A program made the position numbers and the translations under genes. From NCBI GenBank assembly GCA_964291655.2, contig OZ219802.1, positions 832,001 to 896,000 of the forward strand: a DNA stretch of 64,000 nucleotides, read 5' to 3'. This document shows positions 49,288 to 57,961 of the stretch, one piece after another. The DNA comes from Chloroflexota bacterium (GTDB lineage: Bacteria > Chloroflexota > UBA11872 > VXOZ01). Under the pieces are notes generated by a model. The model was given only the letters and a program-made list of their open reading frames with translations, was not told the origin of the DNA and did not search any database. How positions within the stretch are numbered: position 1 is the stretch's first letter; every line of letters starts with the position of its first letter.

Positions 49288-49427
49288 CATCGCATAAGTA
49301 CAGAGCGCGTGGGCGCCACGCCGGCCGTTGCGCGTAGCGCATGCGCGATCGCCAGAGGTGAGCATATACTATAGAAGTCTCAATCTTTCGTCTTTCAAAA
49401 TATCAATGACGAGAAAGGATAGCGGAC

Positions 49428-49727
49428 TTGGGTCTTAGCGAAATTCGCGACATTGCGGTCATTGTGCTCGCCCTCGTGTCAGCACTCATGGCGTTTTCAG
49501 TCCTCTTTTTGGTACTGTCGGTAGTACGACTTGCCGGCACTATTCAGGACGAGATTAGGCCGCTGCTCCGATCTCTTACCGAAACCAGCAATACGGTAAA
49601 AGGGACGACTCAGTTTGTAAGCGAAGCCGTTGTGGGGCCCACTGCCAAGGCCGCAGGCAGGACCATTGGCATACTGCGGTTCACACGCACGCTAGTGGAT
49701 GCCGTAACACGTGTAAGGAAGAGATAG
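49428..49727 (+). CDS. Small membrane protein (DUF948-like)
   Basis: RDIAVI TM segment, EIRPLL.S...T...VKGTT.FVSE.VV.P; AAGGA RBS. Confidence 0.75.
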   Translation: MGLSEIRDIAVIVLALVSALMAFSVLFLVLSVVRLAGTIQDEIRPLLRSLTETSNTVKGTTQFVSEAVVGPTAKAAGRTIGILRFTRTLVDAVTRVRKR

Positions 49728-49745
49728 CACAAGGAGCGCAAGTTA

Positions 49746-49943
49746 ATGCTAGGGTTTACGGTCGGATTTGCGATGGGAATTTCCCTTGGCATGGTAGTTG
49801 GCGGTCTATTGGCTCCGAGCAATGGAGAGACATTCAGAGAGAGCATTCGCCGCCAGATTGAAGTAGCCAGAACCGAAGCCGCGCAGGCGGCGCAAGACAC
49901 TGAACAGGAGCTCCTCGCCCGCTTCGAGGAAGCGAAGCAGTGA
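49746..49943 (+). CDS. YtxH domain protein
   Basis: GF..G...G...GLLAP..GE..R motif; AAGGAG RBS. Confidence 0.85.
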   Translation: MLGFTVGFAMGISLGMVVGGLLAPSNGETFRESIRRQIEVARTEAAQAAQDTEQELLARFEEAKQ

Positions 49944-49950
49944 AGAGAGC

Positions 49951-50250
49951 ATGACGCTGGCACACTGGCGCGATATAGCGGTCCTCATCCTTGTCATCGA
50001 AGCGCTAATCGGCACCGTACTCTTCTTGGCCTTGACTCTCATTCTCGCGGGCATTGTACGCCGGTCCAACACTGCCCTGCGTGACGTGCTGCACAGTGGT
50101 CAAGCTCATGCGGCCAGTATTGCAGCACACACCGATGAGATTTCACGAGAGCGGCTTGTAAAGCCTGTGGTGCGCCTTCACGCGGCCCATGCCGGGGCGC
50201 GCGCCTTCCTGCGGAGCTTAGCAAAGAATGTGCCCATCCCTCATCGCTGA
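49951..50250 (+). CDS. Small membrane protein, paralog of 49428-49727
   Basis: RDIAVLIL TM segment and VKPVV; operonic spacing. Confidence 0.7.
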   Translation: MTLAHWRDIAVLILVIEALIGTVLFLALTLILAGIVRRSNTALRDVLHSGQAHAASIAAHTDEISRERLVKPVVRLHAAHAGARAFLRSLAKNVPIPHR

Positions 50251-50397
50251 GGCCCGATAGTCGCATCGCCCCACTGCACCTGGCGCCGCGCATTGTCACG
50301 CCGCTCGATCACGCTACCTCAGCCATGGTCCGGCCGTGCAAGCGCACGCTGCCGCTGCTTGGCAGCAACCGTTTCTTGTCGCGGGGTAGGAGTTGCC

Positions 50398-51780
50398 TTA
50401 GGCGAGCTTATTGTACGCATCGAGCGCTGCCACTTTGTAGCACTCGGCGAGCGTGGGATAGTTGAAGACATTGTCCACAAAGAAGTCGAGCGTGCCGCCA
50501 AGGGCCATCGCCGTCTGTCCGATATGGACTAACTCTGAAGCGCCGGTGCCGAGCAGATGGACACCGAGTATGGTCCTGTCGTCAGCGTGAATGAGGAGTT
50601 TTACCAGACCATTTGGATCGCCGATGATTTGCCCGCGTGCAATTTCCCGGTACCTGGCCACACCAATCTCATAGGGGATCCCGGCCTCGCTCAGCTCTTT
50701 CTCGGTCTGTCCGACCATCGACGTTTCCGGAATCGTATATATCCCATACGGGAAGAGGTTTGAGTTAAAGGAGCCGCCTTCACCGAATGCGTGGCGGGCA
50801 GCCAGCCTGCCTTGTTCCATAGAAGATGCCGCCAAGGCCGGAAATCCAATCACGTCGCCGCAGGCATAAATATGGGGCACTTCGGTTTGAAACTGTTCGT
50901 TGACTTTCAGCCGTCCCCGTTTGTCCGCCTCCAGGCCGGCAGCGGCCAAGTTGAGTGTATCCGTGTTCCCCTGGCGGCCCCCAGCATAGAGAAGGTGGTC
51001 GGCCATAATCGTCTTGCGGCTGCGGGTGCGTGCGACAATGCGGTGCCCCTCATCGCTCACTCCCGCCACCTCTTCGCGAAATCGGAACGTAATTCCCGCT
51101 TCCCGCATGTGGTAGGAAAGCGCTTCCCGTATCTCTTCATCGATAAAGTCAAGCATCTCATCGCGCTGCTCGACGAGGGTTACATCTATGCCTAGCGCCG
51201 CAAAGATACACGCGTACTCTACTCCAATGACGCCCGCGCCGACGATTGCGAGACGCTTAGGGAGTTCCTGAAGCATATACACACCATCGGTATCGATAAT
51301 CGTTCGGCCGTTGAAGGGCACCATGGGGGAGCGCGCCGGACGGCTCCCTGTTGCGATGATGACGTGGCCCGCTTCAATTTCTTCCGCCTTTCCGTCTTCC
51401 AGGGCAACGGCGACATGGTGCGGGCCGGTAAATTCGGCATCTCCGTATAGAGGAGTCACACCGTTGCGAGAGAGCTGCACCTCTAATACGTCGGTCTCAT
51501 TCTTAATGACGTGCTCACAGCGAAACATCAAATCGGCAATCGTGATGTTTTCCTTGACCGTGTATGTGATCCCATAGATATTTCGCTCAAAGAACCCGGT
51601 AAGATAGAGCACGGCTTGCCGCAGGGTCTTGCTAGGGATTGAGCCGGCGTTTACCAAGTTGCCGCCCACGAAGCGTCGACGCTCAATAGCTACCACTGAC
51701 TTTCCGAGCTTCGCGGCTTGGATAGCTGCACGGAGGCCGGCAGGACCGGTGCCGATGACGACCAGGTCTACTTTTCGCAT
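50398..51780 (-). CDS. sthA: Soluble (Si-specific) NAD(P)+ transhydrogenase
   Basis: GTGPAG, IPSKTLR, GAGVIGVEYA, GDVIGFPALAASSMEQGR, YGIYTIPE, FNYPTLAECYKVAA. Confidence 0.9.
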   Translation of the reverse strand: MRKVDLVVIGTGPAGLRAAIQAAKLGKSVVAIERRRFVGGNLVNAGSIPSKTLRQAVLYLTGFFERNIYGITYTVKENITIADLMFRCEHVIKNETDVLEVQLSRNGVTPLYGDAEFTGPHHVAVALEDGKAEEIEAGHVIIATGSRPARSPMVPFNGRTIIDTDGVYMLQELPKRLAIVGAGVIGVEYACIFAALGIDVTLVEQRDEMLDFIDEEIREALSYHMREAGITFRFREEVAGVSDEGHRIVARTRSRKTIMADHLLYAGGRQGNTDTLNLAAAGLEADKRGRLKVNEQFQTEVPHIYACGDVIGFPALAASSMEQGRLAARHAFGEGGSFNSNLFPYGIYTIPETSMVGQTEKELSEAGIPYEIGVARYREIARGQIIGDPNGLVKLLIHADDRTILGVHLLGTGASELVHIGQTAMALGGTLDFFVDNVFNYPTLAECYKVAALDAYNKLA

Positions 51781-52767
51781 GCAATAAACTCTCTATGCAA
51801 GTGCATACCTATGTCACCTCAGTGGATCGGGCCGCTGACCGCTTCCGTACGATAGCAGGCCCTCTTCGCGCAAGCAGCGTGTGCTTGTGCCCATTACCTC
51901 GGTCAATCGTAGCCTACAAGAATCACCTCGATTGACCGCAATGCGCCTTACTCTTAAGTATACCTTCTTAATGGTGAGACGCAGCCCCTGCAGCGGTAGC
52001 ACCGCAACAATTAACCGTTTGGTAAAGTACCGGCCGGCTCCCGGCCCGGCAACTCAAGGACTCACCACGGGGACGAGACCATTTCAGGCACATCCTTCAA
52101 TCGTGCGGCCCTATAGTGAGAACGCTGACGGTGAACACCGGGACGCACACCGGCGGCAACAGAGAATCTTGCCTGTAGTCACCGCCTCACCCGTCAGCAA
52201 GAGTCGGTCGGGATACTGAAGTACCGAGATGAACGTCATCCGACTAGCCATTGCATCTCGGCCCTGCTATACTATTTTGGAGCAGGAACACCTCGTTCGC
52301 TCTGATTTCCTCGGCCTTGCACTGTTTTTCCGCACCCAATCTCCGCTTTCTTGCGTCCGTTGCATCGCTACCTTCCCAGGATTCCCAGATAAACCACCGT
52401 AGATTTGTGCTCTTGTTATTTGAGCTACCAGCATTCTCTCAAACTGCGGCTTGCCAAAGCATCGGCAATGGTGATTCGAATTGTAGCGAAAATTGATTTG
52501 CATAGGGATTGCCGCTGTTTTGGACAGCCTTGGTGAGTGCTTTGGGAGACTACAGTTCCATATGTACTTCCCGCCATGTGAATTGACCTTCTGAACTATT
52601 GTCCCACCCTCCATGTCCGGCCTTTACGTCTAATTTCCAATTGCTATCTCATTTCCAGTGATTGCACATCGTTGCGAAGTACATTACCGCCCACCATTCA
52701 CACTCTCTCTGCTGTGTACAAATCAGAATAGACCCAGTCAACGTCTTTGTAGTATGAGGTGCTTCCT

Positions 52768-53484
52768 ATGAACGTAAACCACGTCGACCGTCCTACTGTC
52801 GATTCGGAGCAGCTTGGGTTTCCGCCCTATTTCGAGAAAGTGGCCCTCTTCATAGACCTAGGAAACCTGTATTTTGCGGCCCGCAAGCTAAGCATCCGCG
52901 TCGACTACACGCGTATGGTGGACGTCCTGACAAAGCGCCGGCGTTTGTTGCGTTCCTTCGCCTATGCGGGCGTGGACCCGCAAAACCCCGAGTCCCAAGG
53001 GTATTTAACATGGATGAAGCGCCACGGTTTTCGGGTAGTTACCAAACACCTTCGCCGCTTCCCTGACGGTACCGTCAAGGCGAACCTCGACGTGGAACTC
53101 GCTATCGACATGCTCATGATTGCGCCGCACATCGATACGGCGGTACTCGTTTCAGGTGACGGAGACTTTGTCCGGCTGGTGGAAGCAGTTCAGTTCAAGG
53201 GAGTGCGTGTCGAAGTCGTTGGACTAGCAGAAATGACGGCAATTGCGCTCATTGACGTTGCGGATACTTTCACGGAATTGTCTGAGTTGGTGCCAAGCAT
53301 TCAGATGGCCGTGCCACCAAACGGTACGCGCACACCCGCACCTGAAAGCACTGTGCCCTCGACGCTGGCGCACGACGGTTCTGACTCCTACGTCTCCTAT
53401 AGCACACCAAGTGAAACGCCGGAAGAAGCCTCCGACCGGAAAGGCGGCCACTACTACCCGCGGCCTCACAATGAGGGGAAGTGA
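52768..53484 (+). CDS. NYN domain protein (LabA/DUF88, PIN-like)
   Basis: FIDLGNL, KANLDVELAID, LVSGDGDF, GVRVEV, AD.F; GAGGT RBS. Confidence 0.92.
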   Translation: MNVNHVDRPTVDSEQLGFPPYFEKVALFIDLGNLYFAARKLSIRVDYTRMVDVLTKRRRLLRSFAYAGVDPQNPESQGYLTWMKRHGFRVVTKHLRRFPDGTVKANLDVELAIDMLMIAPHIDTAVLVSGDGDFVRLVEAVQFKGVRVEVVGLAEMTAIALIDVADTFTELSELVPSIQMAVPPNGTRTPAPESTVPSTLAHDGSDSYVSYSTPSETPEEASDRKGGHYYPRPHNEGK

Positions 53485-53487
53485 ACA

Positions 53488-54354
53488 GTGGGTCCTCCGC
53501 TTAGCTGCGCCCCAGGGCTTTGGAAAGAAGCGCCGGCCGAGAAAATTGCAGAGGCATGCAACGCTGCTCAGTTCAAGGGCTTGGAGCAGAGAGGTTTGCG
53601 GTTGCCGGCACTGCTGGCAACTCAAGACCGGTTAGCAGAGACCGGAGTCGTGCTGTCGGCACTTACGCTGCACCAACCCTGGTACGACCGCGCCATTGCG
53701 TCTACGCATCGCCCGGCCTTGCCGCAATTGCTCGATGGACTTGCCGCCCTGGAACCGGAATTCTGTATTCTTTCCGTCCCGGGCTCCAATGAGCGCATGT
53801 CCACCGCCGGTTGGCCGAACGCAATCCGCTTCGATTCACTTTCAGATAGTGAACATGCATTCCTCGTCGACACGGTACAGAGTGTGGCTGATATGATTCG
53901 CTCCGTCGGCATGCAGGTAGCGTTTCGTCCTCGACTTGCTTCCTTCATCGAGACCGAAGACGAGATGGAGCGATTCCTTGAAGATACCGAGCCGGAGCTC
54001 ATTAGCCTGGCTCTTGACTTAGGCCACCTCGCCCTCATGGAAATTGATGCCCTGGAGATCATCAAGCGACATGGAGCGCGGATTACGTATTGCTATGTGC
54101 GTGACCTCGACGAACAGCTGACAAACGACATCCACATTGGATTGCGCAGCCTGCCAAGCGCGGCAGCCGCGGGGCTCTTTGTGCCGCCGGGGCAGGGCTG
54201 CGTCCCTCTCTCCAATTTGCTGCGCCCGCTGCTTCTTGCAGAAGTCTGCCGGTGGTACACGCTTGACTTGCAGGCTGACACCACTGATCCCTGTGAGGCG
54301 CTGGACATTACGTGCGACTACATGGCGGCAACTGCTGCCGCGCAAGGAAAGTGA
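53488..54354 (+). CDS. IolE-like TIM barrel protein with degenerate metal ligands
   Basis: FIETEDEMERFL, LDLGHL, FVPPGQG.V follow the IolE layout, but the His/Glu ligands are replaced. Confidence 0.65.
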   Translation: MGPPLSCAPGLWKEAPAEKIAEACNAAQFKGLEQRGLRLPALLATQDRLAETGVVLSALTLHQPWYDRAIASTHRPALPQLLDGLAALEPEFCILSVPGSNERMSTAGWPNAIRFDSLSDSEHAFLVDTVQSVADMIRSVGMQVAFRPRLASFIETEDEMERFLEDTEPELISLALDLGHLALMEIDALEIIKRHGARITYCYVRDLDEQLTNDIHIGLRSLPSAAAAGLFVPPGQGCVPLSNLLRPLLLAEVCRWYTLDLQADTTDPCEALDITCDYMAATAAAQGK

Positions 54355-54369
54355 GGTACGGCGGAACTA

Positions 54370-55500
54370 ATGCAACGTAGAAGCATCTTGGCGGCAGGTG
54401 CGGCCATCTTGGGTGCGGCCGCGTGCGGCCCGTTTCGCGGTGAGGATGAACCGGATATCGTGCGCACGATTCCGGAAGCACAAGTCAATCCATGGGGCGC
54501 CAACGCATTTCTCCACAAAGAGGTTGAGACCTGGAAGAAAGAGAAGACCCTCGAGATGGCTCGAGATGCCGGCATCGTGTGGATCAAGCAGCAATTTCCC
54601 TGGGAAGAAATTGAACAGAGCCAGAAGGGCGATTTCTTCGATCGGACGTGGCAAAAGCCAACGTGGCAAAAGTTCGATGAGATTGTGGATCTTGCGGAGC
54701 GGTTTGATATCAAGTTGATCGCCCGCATTGACCGCAGCCCGCGTTGGGCGCGAGCGGACGGCCAGCCGTCAGAAGCTCCTCCGGCAAACTTTGCTGACTT
54801 TGGCGACTTTCTTGCCGAACTGGCGAAGCACTACAAAGGGCGCATTTCCCACTATCAGCTCTGGAACGAACCCAACCTCGCGCATGAATGGGGCAGCCCC
54901 CCGGACCCCAAAGGCTACGTGGACCTCCTGCGCACCGGCTACCAACGCATAAAAGAGGTGGATCCCTCCATTAAGGTGTTGACAGCCCCGCTGGCCATCA
55001 CTCTGGAACGATCCCCGCGCGCCATGGTCGAGCTAGACTACCTGGAAGAAATGTATCAACACGGCGCCGCCGACTATTTCGATATCATGTCGGCGAACGC
55101 CTATGGGCTCGAGTTTCCCCCAACCGCGTTGCCCGACCCCAATGTCCTCAATTTTCGCCGCGTCGAGCTCTTGCGTGAAATAATGGTGCGAAACGGAGAC
55201 GAAGGCAAAGCGGTCTGGTTCAATGAATACGGCTGGAACGCTTCTCCTCCTGACATGGCCGACGAAAAGCTGATCTGGCGGCGCGTCGAGGAGGAAGAAC
55301 AGGCGGCGTGGACCGTTGAAGGCGTAAAGTACGGCCGCTCTAACTGGCCGTGGGCCGGCGTTTTCTGCATCTGGTACCTGCGGCAGGTAGGCGGCATTCC
55401 TCCCACTTCATCTGAATACTACTTCCGCATGGTTGACCCGGAATTCACCCCAAGACTGGTCTACAATGAGGTGAAAGACAACTCCAAGAAGATCAAGTAA
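54370..55500 (+). CDS. GH-A clan glycoside hydrolase lipoprotein (GH5/GH39-like)
   Basis: RR signal + AAAC lipobox, WNEPN acid/base, WFNEYGW nucleophile. Confidence 0.85.
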   Translation: MQRRSILAAGAAILGAAACGPFRGEDEPDIVRTIPEAQVNPWGANAFLHKEVETWKKEKTLEMARDAGIVWIKQQFPWEEIEQSQKGDFFDRTWQKPTWQKFDEIVDLAERFDIKLIARIDRSPRWARADGQPSEAPPANFADFGDFLAELAKHYKGRISHYQLWNEPNLAHEWGSPPDPKGYVDLLRTGYQRIKEVDPSIKVLTAPLAITLERSPRAMVELDYLEEMYQHGAADYFDIMSANAYGLEFPPTALPDPNVLNFRRVELLREIMVRNGDEGKAVWFNEYGWNASPPDMADEKLIWRRVEEEEQAAWTVEGVKYGRSNWPWAGVFCIWYLRQVGGIPPTSSEYYFRMVDPEFTPRLVYNEVKDNSKKIK

Positions 55501-55750
55501 CCTCACTATGGCTTGGCTTCCCCGGGGCCTTGCCTGCCACAAATCGATGTCGCTGACAGTCTGCCGAAAGAGCGCGACGACGCATACGACAGGCGTCAGT
55601 TTGTACCCCCTCAGTTCGCGACTTCACCAGGTATGCGAGAGAATCTGATTGTGCCCACTGTTGCTTCTCACCCGGTACGCTATACTAGCAGCATTAGCCG
55701 TAAGACTGGAGAAGCAGACAGATTGCCTGCGTAGCGTAGGGAAAAGAGCC

Positions 55751-57055
55751 ATGGACACCAAACAGAAGTACGAAAAATACGTCGTCACGAGCCACGCGCC
55801 CGCGATGCCGCCCGTTGAGGTCTCCCATGCCCTAGGGGCCACGATTACGGCCGCGGACGGTACAGCGTATTTGGATGGATTCGCAGGCTACTCCGTGGTG
55901 AATGCCGGGCACAGCAATCCCGAGGTCCTCGCCGCCGCCAAGAGCACCATGGACCGCCACGTGCACGTGGGGAGCTACCTTTACTATGCTCCCGCGGTGG
56001 CCGATCTCGCAGAAAAGCTGGCAGAAATTACACCGGGTCGGCTGGAGCAGTCGTTCTTTGGCAACAGCGGCGCTGAAGCCGTTGAAGGCGCGCTCCGCAT
56101 CGCCAAGACATATACCGACCGCACCGAGTTTATTTCCCTGCAGTACTCATTCCATGGCCGCACCCTTGGCACGCTAAGCCTCGGCGGCAACGCCCGCCGC
56201 AAACGCCGCGCCGGGCCGCTGACATCGGGTGTTGCTATCGCACCGGCGCCGTACTGCTATCGCTGCCCGCTCCACCTCACCTACCCTTCCTGCAACGTGG
56301 CTTGCGCCGATGAAGTCGAACGGGTATTCGAGACCCAGACCACCGGCAATGTCGCCGCCATGATTGCGGAGCCGGTGATGGGAGAAGCCGGCATTATCGT
56401 GCCGCCGCCTGAGTACTTTCCAAAAGCAAAGCGCATCGTCGAGCAGAACGATGCCCTCTTCATCGCCGACGAAGTTCAGACGAGCTTTGGACGCACAGGA
56501 TCGATGTTTGCCAGCGAAGACATTGGTGTTGAGCCGGACATCCTCACCTCGGCCAAAGGCATAGCCAATGGTTTTCCGCTCAGCGCCTTTACGACGCGGC
56601 GGGAAATCGGCGAATCATTCTTGCCCGGCGACCACTTCAGCACATTTGGCGGCAACCTCGTGTCGGCGGCAGCAGCCATAGCAACTATCGATTTCCTGGA
56701 ACGCGAAGACCTGCCCGCGCACGCAGAGTATGTTGGACGACACGTGCTGGACGCTCTTGCGACGATTCGCGACGACCATCCCCTGATTGGCGATGTCCGC
56801 GGCAAGGGACTCATGATCGGGCTCGAACTCGTGACCGACCGCGAAACCAAGAATCCCGCGCCGGACGAGGCAAAGCAAGTACAAGAAGAGTGCCGGAGAG
56901 CGGGCCTCCTCATTGGTTGCGGCGGATTCTATGGGAATGTCTTGCGCTTCCAGCCGCCTCTCATAATCACGCTGGCGCAAGCCGATCGCGCCCTCGACAT
57001 TCTCGATAGTGCCCTGTCGGCTGTGGAAGAGTCTGCCGCAGTGCTCACCACATAG
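55751..57055 (+). CDS. Class III PLP aminotransferase (GabT-like)
   Basis: NSGAEAVE, SFHGRT, AEPVMGEAG, ADEVQTSFGRTG, SAKGIANG, STFGGN. Confidence 0.93.
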   Translation: MDTKQKYEKYVVTSHAPAMPPVEVSHALGATITAADGTAYLDGFAGYSVVNAGHSNPEVLAAAKSTMDRHVHVGSYLYYAPAVADLAEKLAEITPGRLEQSFFGNSGAEAVEGALRIAKTYTDRTEFISLQYSFHGRTLGTLSLGGNARRKRRAGPLTSGVAIAPAPYCYRCPLHLTYPSCNVACADEVERVFETQTTGNVAAMIAEPVMGEAGIIVPPPEYFPKAKRIVEQNDALFIADEVQTSFGRTGSMFASEDIGVEPDILTSAKGIANGFPLSAFTTRREIGESFLPGDHFSTFGGNLVSAAAAIATIDFLEREDLPAHAEYVGRHVLDALATIRDDHPLIGDVRGKGLMIGLELVTDRETKNPAPDEAKQVQEECRRAGLLIGCGGFYGNVLRFQPPLIITLAQADRALDILDSALSAVEESAAVLTT

Positions 57056-57276
57056 TGAGCGGCGAGCGGTCCAACACACCGGAGACGAATGCTGTCACGT
57101 AGTTACGTGGGTTGCTGCCCTTGCACTCGTGTTCCGGCCAAATTGATTCACGCCTGTCCCGACCCAGATCATACGCCGTACGACCGTACGCCCACACAGA
57201 CTCCCGCAAAACGATATAAGATGGAATAAGGAGCCCATACGGCTGCAAATATCAACCTGGGAACTGGTGCACAGCG

Positions 57277-57915
57277 ATGAAGCACATCCTGCTCCTTGGC
57301 GGACCTAACCCGGCGCATCAGCCGAGGGACGTAGCCGCGTATATTGCAGACCACCTAGAGATGACTGGCGAGTTCAAAGTTTCGTTGACTGAGGACGCCA
57401 ACATCCTCGAAACTTCTGCCGTCGACGCCTACGATGCGATCTTGCTTTATCTCAACACAAAGGATGCGCGCTGGCCGCAAGCCAGAGAAGCGGCGTTTCG
57501 CAAGGCGTTGTCGCGGGGAAAAGGGTTGCTGGTCCTGCACGCGGGTGTCTTGAGCTTTCGCGGCTGGGAAGACTACACGCAACTCATCGGCGGCTCACCC
57601 TCGCCCGATTTCTACCATCCGCCCTATGGCCCATTCGCCGTGCAAATTGACGACTCCGCCCACCCTATTACGGCCCGCATGGTGGACTTTGCCGTGCGTG
57701 ACGAACTTTACGCCAACATACAACTGACGCCTGAGGCGCATCTTCTTGCCCACGCCACACTGAATGGGAACGTGCAGCCTCTCCTGTGGGTGGTCGAACA
57801 CCCTCAAACGCGCGTGTGCACACTTCTCTTGGGACACGATCGAGCTGCTTTGCAGTATCCGGGCGCGTCAACACTCTTGCGGCGCGGCGTGGCCTGGGTA
57901 GCCGGCGCATTGTAA
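57277..57915 (+). CDS. ThuA domain protein
   Basis: GKGLLVLH, HPP, HPIT, DELY, LGHD, RGVAW motifs. Confidence 0.88.
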   Translation: MKHILLLGGPNPAHQPRDVAAYIADHLEMTGEFKVSLTEDANILETSAVDAYDAILLYLNTKDARWPQAREAAFRKALSRGKGLLVLHAGVLSFRGWEDYTQLIGGSPSPDFYHPPYGPFAVQIDDSAHPITARMVDFAVRDELYANIQLTPEAHLLAHATLNGNVQPLLWVVEHPQTRVCTLLLGHDRAALQYPGASTLLRRGVAWVAGAL

Positions 57916-57961
57916 TCAGCAAGCAATTCCTGCCTCCACTTGGGAGAGTAAAGCAACACCG

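Noticed and set aside
52109-52120. 12-nt match to the reverse T7 promoter (CCCTATAGTGAG)
   Set aside because: The match stops after 12 nt and there is no vector or phage context; likely chance
52201-52245. Hammerhead ribozyme
   Set aside because: A three-way junction is present, but the CUGANGA and GAAA core motifs are absent on both strands
52267-52614. 115-aa ORF in the lower-GC intergenic region
   Set aside because: No RBS, motif or typical codon bias; probably non-coding
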